From assembly GCF_020745735.1 (NCBI RefSeq), contig NC_083409.1:12833259-12897258 (forward strand): DNA of 64,000 nt, in the 5' to 3' direction. The notes beneath the pieces were generated by a model. It ran no database searches. It saw only the letters and a program-made list of their open reading frames with translations, and was not told the DNA's origin. The translations under genes and the position numbers were made by a program. Positions within the stretch are counted from its first letter, which is position 1. Every line of letters starts with the position of its first letter. Origin of the DNA: Hemiscyllium ocellatum. Taxonomy: Eukaryota. Positions 55,762-64,000 of the stretch are shown piece by piece.

Positions 55762-57289
55762 TAGAAGACAACTTCACTTGAGTGATGGTATGATGTTTTC
55801 TATGGTATAAAAGACTGTGTCAGGGACAGATATAGGTTTTTTTGTTCTTTCTGAACTGACTGACTGAGTAGTTTGTCAGGGACAGGAAGGTTTAGACCCA
55901 GAGCTCTGTATACTTTATCCACTTACTGATAGAATAAAACTAAAACTGTAAGATTAGATATTTTTCATATTGCTTTATTTAAAGAGCACGCAGGACTTGG
56001 CTCACACATAAAAGATAATAAATTTGTAGATTGAGCCTAAAGTCCGTCACCTAGAACACATTCCCGCTTAATTCTGTAACCCTTACCTTGTTGAGCGAAT
56101 GAACATTGAACCCCGACCTTGACAGTTTTGTCAGACCTAGAGTTCCAGATTTCCACCACTCTTTGTCACAAAGACTTCTTCCTGAAATCATTCCCAATTC
56201 TAATTTTATCAATCCCCTTGTTTTGGACTCGACAATGGAAAAAATATGGACATTAACATTGTTAATTATTTTCCGTGGAAATGCCTCGCTTTTGCAACCT
56301 GTTCTCTCTCATTAACAGTTTCTGATCTGAAGGTGACATGACAGGCTGGATACTGAGAGGGTGGATCCTGTTATAGGGCAGACGAGAACTGGAGGGACAG
56401 TTTAACACAAAACAGTCTCCCGTTTAAAAGGAAGGAGGGGTTTTCATGCTGAGGTTTGACAGTCTGTGGAATTCTCTTCTCTACGTGGGAATGGAGGTTG
56501 GGTAATTAAGTATACTCAAGGTTGAGGTAGACAGGTTTTTGATGAATAAGGCAGTTTAGGATAACTGCAGAAAGTGCAGGTGAGACCATAACCAGATGAG
56601 CAGTGATCTTCTCCATTGGCACAGCAGCTCCCAAAAGGCCTGCTCCTGCTCCTGGGTCCGATGTTCTGGCAGAGGCTGCAGCAACCCTGGACCCCCATCT
56701 TTCCTTTGTCACTCACTGACAGAAATACAATTTCAAAACAAACATTATTTTCTTTAACAAGACCAAGTCAATTATGGTTGATGTCGTTTTCTCAGCTCTC
56801 TTTTCATCTCAACAGGGTTTTAGAAACATGTTTTTTGTGTTACGTTGGAGAGGAGACAGATACAAGACAGAGTGAGGCCTCAGAGAACACAGGGAGCTCT
56901 CACTCTGCACAGCGAGGCTGTCACGGGAAACATCTGGAGAAAGGCTTGGAGGGAGGTGGAGAGGAGAGAGGCGTGGGAAAAGAGACCTGACAGTTCAAAA
57001 CAAAAACACTTCACATGTTGCTATCATCTAGTTAATAAAGTTGAGAGGATTAGAAACCCATAACAGTGAGAATGTGGTGTCTCAGAACCTCAAAGGCAGA
57101 CAGCAAATAGCTGCATTAGTCCTCCTCAGGGTGTTCATGTCATTGGGAAGCTTCAAATTTATTGCCCATCTTCAACTGCTCGGACTGAGATACTTTCTGA
57201 GCCAGATCGTGGGGACGTGAAGAATGAATCATGTCACTGTGGTCAAAACTCTAGTGTGGCCGCAATTGCATACTGTATTGCATACAGTT

Positions 57290-57790
57290 GTGGTCACGGC
57301 ATTTAAAAAAAGGATGTGGGAAGTTAAGGGTTCAGAGGAAATATACTAGGATGTTGCCTGGCATGGAGGGAAGGCCTTATGAGGAAAGGATGAGGGACTT
57401 GTGGCTGTTTTGTTAGAGAGAAGAAGGTTGAGAGTTGTCTTAATTGAGACATACTAAGATAATCACAAGGTTAGATAGGGTGGATAGTGAGAGCCTTTTT
57501 CCTCAGATGCTGAGGGGACATAGGTTTAAATTGAGGGGTGATAGATATAGGAGAGATGTCAGAAGTAGTTATTTACTCAGAGACTAGTAGGGGCATGGAA
57601 TGCACAACCTGCAACAGTAGCAGACTCACCAACACTAAGGGCATTTAAATGGTCACGGGATAAACATATGGATGAAAATGGAATAGTATAGGATAGTTGG
57701 GCTTTAGATTGGTTCCATAGGGCGGCACAACATCGAGGGCTGAAGGGCCTGTACTGCGCTGTCATGGTCTATGTTCTATGTTCTATGTTC
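57290..57790 (+). mobile_element. CR1-type LINE 3' end with (TTCTATG)n tail
   Basis: RLRVVLIETYKI-like segment, CR1 3' UTR, tail tctatgttctatgttctatgttct. Confidence 0.8.
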
Positions 57791-59744
57791 TGGATCTGAC
57801 ATTGCTCACCACCGCCCTCTCCAGGACAATTAGGGAAGGACAACAAATAGCAGACAAATCAATGATTGCCCCATCCCAGGAGAAATCAAAATAAATGACG
57901 TACAATTCAAATGATTAAGCTGTTGAGGCTTGAACTCATCTCTTTGAAAGACTGGAGCCTCGGCCATGACATGGGTGAACCTGCATTTTTAAATTGCAAG
58001 GTGGAGTGCCCTACGGATCAGGCACAAAATGAATTACACAAAGACCGAACAAACGGCTACCAAAGTGTGTCACCAAACTGCAATAAATAGCAATTTGTCA
58101 GGAAGAACTCAAGAGAAAGCCATTAGTGGGTGTAAGAGGATAAGACAGACAAGTGTCAGATGTCATTGAATGCACCATAAATACATTGAAGCTGTTGGGA
58201 TAGAGCAGGGCAATGGGATTAATTGAATTTTTCTATTGAGAGCTTTCCTGGTTGTAATGACTCAGAACGTTAAAGGATGAAGTGTAGCTCATATTGTAAA
58301 CAATGTACTGCAGTGGGCAAGAAAGGATGTTGAGCAACATAAATGCTTAAAATTGGGAAAGAAAGTCCTATAAAAGAAATGAGAAAGGCCAATGGGACTT
58401 TGGAATGAATATTGAGAGTGAGGAGATGGAGGGGAGAGTGGCCAGGACAGCTGTACTGAAGAATGGTTAGGTCACATCTGGGATATGGTGGATAGTTATG
58501 GGCTTCCACGAGGGGCAATGCAGAATGGGACAGGGACAGGGGATCTAGGTTATAGGGAAACACCAGAACAGGATCTTGAGGTGGGAGGGAGGGTATTCTG
58601 ATAACAAAACTTCTTTATGAAATCGACACAGTAAATGTAGATTTACTGTCAACACCGACAAACAGAAAGGCAAAATGACACATTTTCCGGTCATTCACCA
58701 AGTCCAGGAAGGAGATCAGGAAAACTATTTTGATGCAGAGATTGGCGTTTAGTAAGTTCTGGTAAATTGGGTCCTCCATTTACAATGGGACAGAATTACT
58801 TTTTGGAATTTGAACAGGTCTGAAGCAAAAGAGCAAATTATGACCAAATGGTCATTTGAGAATATTGAACTGGCCTGAAAATGCCAGGTTTTTAGCAGCT
58901 TTTCACTTTGCCCTCATCAGGACGGTTGTAAAAGTACCAATCAAAGGAGAAAAACATGACATTGATATTGCAAGTGAGGAAAGTGCTGACAGGCTGAGGT
59001 GTTGTCACTATGAACACGCCAGTTTAAATATTGTTTCCCTTTGTTGTGGCATTTCTTGTAAATTGTCCTGATGTATGCAGGACAAAAAGCTTCAACATAA
59101 TGTTTTGTTTTTTGCAACATTCAAATGAGGATCAGTTTGGAGAGAAAGAATGAAGATGGAAATGAACATGAAAATTGGTCTAAATTCAGCAGAGACCAGG
59201 ATAGCTTCAGCTTGAACTTAATACAGGAATTACCAGGTGAAATTTAATCACTGGAATGATTGAACCACCTTCCACCAGTTTGATTGTTTGAATTGTCCAT
59301 CAGTTATTTTGATTACTCCTGGGATGGGGAGGACATTGATATGTCTGCTGTTTATTGCCCTTCCCTAACTATCCTGGAGAGGGCGATGGTTAGCTTTCTC
59401 CTGAATGCACTATCTCTAGCTGGGAAACTAGAGATGGTCTCATTCCTCCAAGTGTGGGCTGGGATGGGGAAGCAAGGCAGGCTATTGGACCGGGAGTTGT
59501 CAGCCTAGTCTCAGTGGGGAGCACTCTCCCCTCAGACTCACAATGTTGCAGACTGGGTGGATGAGCCATTGGGAAATGCAGGGTTACAGGCATAGTGTCG
59601 TGGTTTGGATCTAGGTGGGATGTTCCTTGGAGGATTGGTGTGAACTTATTTGGGTGAATGGCCTGCTTCAACATGGTAGAGATTCCATCTTTACATGATC
59701 CTATCACTGAAGAAAATTATCCAGGCTGAGAGTGCAGTGCAGCG

Positions 59745-60095
59745 CTGACGGGATGCAGCACTGTCAGAGGGCCAGTACTGAGGGACTGCCACACTGTCAG
59801 AGGGTCAGTACTGAGGGAGTTCCACACTATTGTAGGTTCAGTACTGAGGGAGTGTTGCACTAATGTTGGGTCAGTACTGAGGGAGTGCTGCACTGTCAGA
59901 GGGTGATTACTGAGGGAGAGCTGCACTGTCAGAGGGTGAGTACTGAGGGAGTACTGCACTGCCAGAGGGTTCGTACTGAGGGAATGCCACACTGTCAGAA
60001 AGTCAATACTGTGGGAGTGCCATCCTGTCAGATAGTTCATGCTGAGGGAGTGCTGCACTGCTGTTGTGTCAATACTGAGGGAGTGCAACACTGTT
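59745..60095. repeat. 33-bp minisatellite, mirror of 40105-40530
   Basis: (CAGCACTGTCAGAGGGTCAGTACTGAGGGAGTG)n, about 10-11 imperfect units. Confidence 0.9.
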
Positions 60096-60568
60096 AGAGG
60101 TTTAGTGCTCAGGGACCATTTTTCAGACTGAATGTTCTGATGTCTGCCCTCTCAGGGGCCAATAGAAGATGCCATGACACTATGAGAAGAGCAGAGCAGA
60201 TCCCCATGGTGTCCTGGTCAATATTTTAAAAATATATCTTTTAAAAAATACCTGGATGAGCGCCTGAAATATCCGAACATTCAATACCTTGGGCCCAGTT
60301 CTGGAAAGTGGATGGAGAGTAGATTTAGTTTTGCCTTTGTGGGACAGACATGATCAGATGAGGGACCTCTTCTACACTGTATGATTCTCTGATTCTGTGA
60401 AACCTCTGGCTGATGACCATGTTCTGTCCTCCCTCGACTGATGAGTCAGTCTCTCCTCCATGTTGAACAGCACTTGGATGAAGCTCTGAGGGTGGTCAGG
60501 GCACAGAATGTACTCTGGGTGGGGGACTTCAATGTCCACAATCAAAAAGGAATTTAAAAAACATCCGG

Positions 60569-61376
60569 TTTGTTGGGTATTGGATACAAATGTTCAAAAT
60601 TATACTTTTGCCAGTCCAACGCTCATTTCTCCTGTGCCCTCACCCATGTGACCCTCTCCTCTCCCCTCAGCAAGAGCATCAGGAGATCAGAATGTGTGTA
60701 GAGTGTTTGAGACAGTCCACAGAGGAGACACAACTTTAAATAGAACAGGGCTGAGCTGGAAGGACACAGGTCATTGTCAGCACTGAATTTCAACTCTCTT
60801 CCTTCTTGAGACTGGCCTCTGGGAGACTCTGTGGTTCAACGGTTAAGGCAGGTTACTGTGACACTTTGAGAACCCAGTACTGTCCCTGTCCTGGGAGTAT
60901 TGACGAGGACAGTGTGGAGACAGCTTTATTCTGTTTCTTATCCTGTCCCTGTCATAGGTGTCTTTGGTGGGAACAGTATGGATAGAGATTTACTCTGCAT
61001 ATAACCCTATTCTGTCCCCGTCCAGGAGACTGTTTGTTGGGGACAGTGTTGACTTGCAACAACAAGTATAACCTTTCAAAGATATTGAAAACTGTGAGCT
61101 GTATAAAAACAATGTGAACCTCAGAAGTCTCTGCTTCAGTAAACCAGATCTCCTTCCTGCTCAGCCACCAGCTCCACCTAAAGGTTTTGTCACTGTTTCT
61201 CATGCTATTGAGAAAATCTCCACAAGCGTTTTCCTCAAGCTCCATTGTGGCTGTGAATTTGTGCAGCTTCCTCTGTCTGGGCTGTTAATTGCTGACTGTT
61301 TTCTGTCAATGTCAATCTGGAAAAGGGAATAAAGATGAAGAAGATTCAGTCTCTGTCTGGTGTGTGCTTTGGAGAT
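60569..61376 (+). pseudogene. IGKC: Kappa C relic: last 28 codons (SNAHFSCALTHVTLSSPLSKSIRRSECV*, 60615-60701) plus 3' UTR and intact AATAAA (61328-61333)
   Basis: About 4 mismatches to 24971-25057; UTR colinear with 25058-25628. Confidence 0.93.
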
Positions 61377-61399
61377 GGCCCGAGCTGAAGCCTCTGGGA

Positions 61400-62960
61400 A
61401 AGGGTGTGTGAATTGAAACCCTCCACCATCAAGGCACGGAACAGGAGGGGGAGAATAGAGAGGGCAATGGGGTCCTGGGAGCAGGAGGGCAATACGACAG
61501 CTAGGGACAGAAGGGGCACTTTCAGCAGGAATGCAGGGCCCTGAGAAAATCTTCCCCAATAAATGGGGAAAGAAGGAAGGTGTGTTGGAGTTCAGAAAGA
61601 TCAAAGAATGAAGCCGAGAGTGAGCTGAACTCAGAGTGTAGATGGGAAAGATCCAACCCAGAGTGGGGAGGGTACCTTTCACTCGATAACCACCCATACA
61701 CCATGGTGATGCTCTGAAGGGGCAGTACCCATCCTGAATAGCTGTGCCTGATAGTGTATGATGAATGGGGAAGAGTCTGTGTCCATACGTGTGTGGGTGG
61801 GGAACAGGGAATATATCAAGCTATATATATATTATATATATGTATATATCTCATTATATCTCACTCACAGATGCATCCATCAAAACCACTGGGACCAGCC
61901 CTCACTAGTGGAGAGCAAACTGAAGAGATTCATGGGAGGACTCTGTGGTGGGAGGGCTATCAAAACCTTGGAGTGTAAGGGTGGGCTCTCTGGCAGTCTA
62001 ACCGAACATAATGGAGTGCGCCAACTCAGGGAGTATTCAGAGCAGATTGGCTCATTGCTGATGGACTGGCAATGGGTCTTTACACAGTTGGTCATTTTGA
62101 ATGTGCCCTGGTCCAGGGAGGGCTGAGGACCAGGACAAGTTCACATTCACATTTAATGAACAACAATATTGGTGGAACTGTCTGCCCCTAGGGTTCCCCA
62201 GTAGTCCCTCCATCTTTCAGCAGAGCATGGCACAGGGCTGTGAGAGTTCAGGTCAGTTCCCCCAACCAGTTTGGACAGAGTGTGCTTGACTTGCTGCTGT
62301 TTGTGTGAACTGAGGAGGAGGAGGTGTCCGTTTGGGATGACAGAATTCTCAGGAGTTGCTTGGAAGGATCCAGATGTTGATCCCTTCCCTGGACTAGCAG
62401 GCTCCTTGATGCCACACACCATCAAAGAGGCCTTGATGTCAAGTGCTGTCACTCTGCCCTCACCTCACTCACATGGTCAGGGAGAGCTCACTGACTCACA
62501 TTTATCGGAATGAATTCCATTTGTTACTGATCAGCCCATCTGACCCTCCCAGCCCATCTATATCCTCATGTCATCTTGTACTGCTTCGGGATACCCCCAT
62601 TCGAGAAGGTCAATAAATCAAAAGCACGAAAATTTAAATTCAGATACTGAAGACAATTACTGGATTAATAGAGGAAGCCGTATCTTCCATTTGTAAGTGG
62701 GATCTATATTTCTTTATTAAATTAAAATGACTCAGATTAAATACATCTGCAGTGAATGTATAAATTACAACAACTCCCACACAGGGTGTTTGGACTGGAG
62801 GCTGTGTTGAAATAATTGGTGACACATCAGGGAGGTGCAGAGATACCTGGAGATCTTGTTCCAGAAGGAAGTCATAATCCTCAGGACCAGGCTGTCCCAT
62901 TCCATATGTAGGAAGGGGCAGGAGGGTATGACAATGAGGAGGGCAGGTAAGGATTTGGAG
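61400..62960 (+). mobile_element. Degraded endogenous-retrovirus-like internal region (pro/pol relic)
   Basis: RT segment FTQL(V)ILN.. / EDQDKFTFTFNEQQYWWNCLPLGFPSSPSIFQQSMAQG (62125-62238); degenerate QSVLDLLL at the QYVDDLLL position (62276-62299); IKEALMSSAVTLP. The mirror copy ~37440-38820 lacks ~62090-62312. Confidence 0.6.
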
Positions 62961-64000
62961 CGCACTGTAGGACAGGAAAACCCCTCACTCTTGCTGTAGT
63001 TGTGGGTATGCTCACCGAGCTGGGAAGTTGATTTGTAGACATTTTGTCCCCTGTCTCAGTGACACCTTCAGAGCTTTGGAGCTTCCTGTGAAGCGCTGTT
63101 GTGCTGTGTCTTCTGGAATTTATTTGGTTCCATCCCTGCTGTTTCTGGTTGCTGGTTTGGGAATGTTCATTTCAGTGGTCGGTCTACTGGGTCTCGGTCA
63201 ATGTGTTTATTGATGGAGCCCATGGTTCTAGAAATTCTCTGGCTGCCCTCTGTTGAGCTTGTCCTATGATCATAGTGTTGGCCCAATTGAATTTGTGGTC
63301 CTTGTCATCTGTGTGTATAGCTACTCGGGACAGCTGCTCATGGGGTTTAGTGGCTCGTTGGTGTTCATGGATGTGGGTGGCTAGTTGTCTGGCTGTGTGT
63401 CCTGTGTGTTTCATGCAGGCTTTGCATGGAATCTTGTAAACTACATTTGTCTTTCACATGATTGGTTTTGGGTCTTTTGTTCTCACGCACTGTTGTCTGA
63501 GTGTGGCTGGCAGTTTCTGGGCAGTTTATGAGTGATTAGATTCCCTACAGTATGGAAACAGGCCCTCCGGCCCAACAAGTCCACACCGATCCTCCAAAGA
63601 TAACCCACCCAGACACAGTCCCCTACCCAATACTGACCTCAACTGATGCACCTAGCACTAGGGGCAATTTAGCATGGCCAATTCACCTGACCTGCACATC
63701 TTTGGATTGTTGGAGGAAACCGGAGCACCCGGAGGAAATCATTGCAGACACGGGGAGAATATGCAAACTCCAGACAGACAGTTGCTTGATGAGGGAATTG
63801 AAATCGGATCCATGCCACTGTGAGGCAACAGTGTTAACTACTGAGCCACCGTTCCATGATTGGACAAGTCTGGCTGTCAGTTCGGTGGCGTTTCTTTATA
63901 TACGGTAGCGTGGCTAGGAGTTAGGTTGTAGCATGTCCTCATCGTGTTGTTTGTCTGTTAGGTATCTGCGGATAAAGTTGCAGGAAAATCTGTTCTTGGT
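62960..64000 (-). mobile_element. Penelope-like (Poseidon-type) fragment interrupted by an HE1 SINE at ~63535-63855
   Basis: ORF 63184..63414- (..HTGHTARQLATHIHEHQRATKPHEQLSRVAIHTDDKDHKFNWANTMIIGQAQQRAAREFLE); mirror of 36640-37420. Confidence 0.78.

Larger units (their letters stand above)
51667..59148 (+). repeat. Segmental-duplication block A' (direct repeat of A 30560-36327)
   Basis: See block A. Carries extra material (L2/CR1 pieces, an HE1 SINE and the CpG-rich segment 55280-57150). Confidence 0.9.
59398..64000 (+). repeat. Segmental-duplication block B' (inverted relative to B 36718-40885; runs off the window)
   Basis: See block B. Confidence 0.92.

Noticed and set aside
39525-60701. 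C relics as 5'-truncated processed pseudogenes
   Set aside because: No poly(A) tail, homology continues past the cleavage site, and intron-like sequence precedes the exon remnant.

Overview
Repeat-rich genomic DNA from a cartilaginous fish, very probably a shark. The assignment is inferred from HE1 and Deu-domain SINEs, CR1 LINEs and the cluster-type Ig gene; the species cannot be read from the sequence. The only intact protein-coding unit is one germline, unrearranged kappa-type (shark type III/NS4-like) Ig light-chain cluster on the + strand: leader 12216-12264, V 12451-12747 with 12-RSS, J 13251-13285 with 23-RSS, an 11.4-kb intron, C 24729-25057 and AATAAA at 25583. Bases 1-12294 form a decayed palindrome: a second, divergently oriented V leader and promoter sits at the left edge (its V exon is outside the window), and a 248-bp inner inverted repeat carries Ets-IRF composite motifs. 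From 30.5 kb to 64 kb there is a ~10-kb segmental duplication (A/B versus A'/B', with B inverted). It carries two internally deleted kappa C relics, two CTCF motifs, a CpG-island-like promoter, a RABGAP1L-like orphan exon and a degraded retroviral pol relic. Between the copies lies a nearly full-length Tx1-clade LINE whose 5' end is a U2 snRNA fragment, with a Penelope-like element nested in its 3' UTR. Several Penelope-derived repeats contain minimal hammerhead-ribozyme cores. Most ORFs in the supplied track are LINE fragments or low-complexity artefacts. All alignments, family assignments and percent identities were made by eye or from memory; repeat boundaries are approximate.
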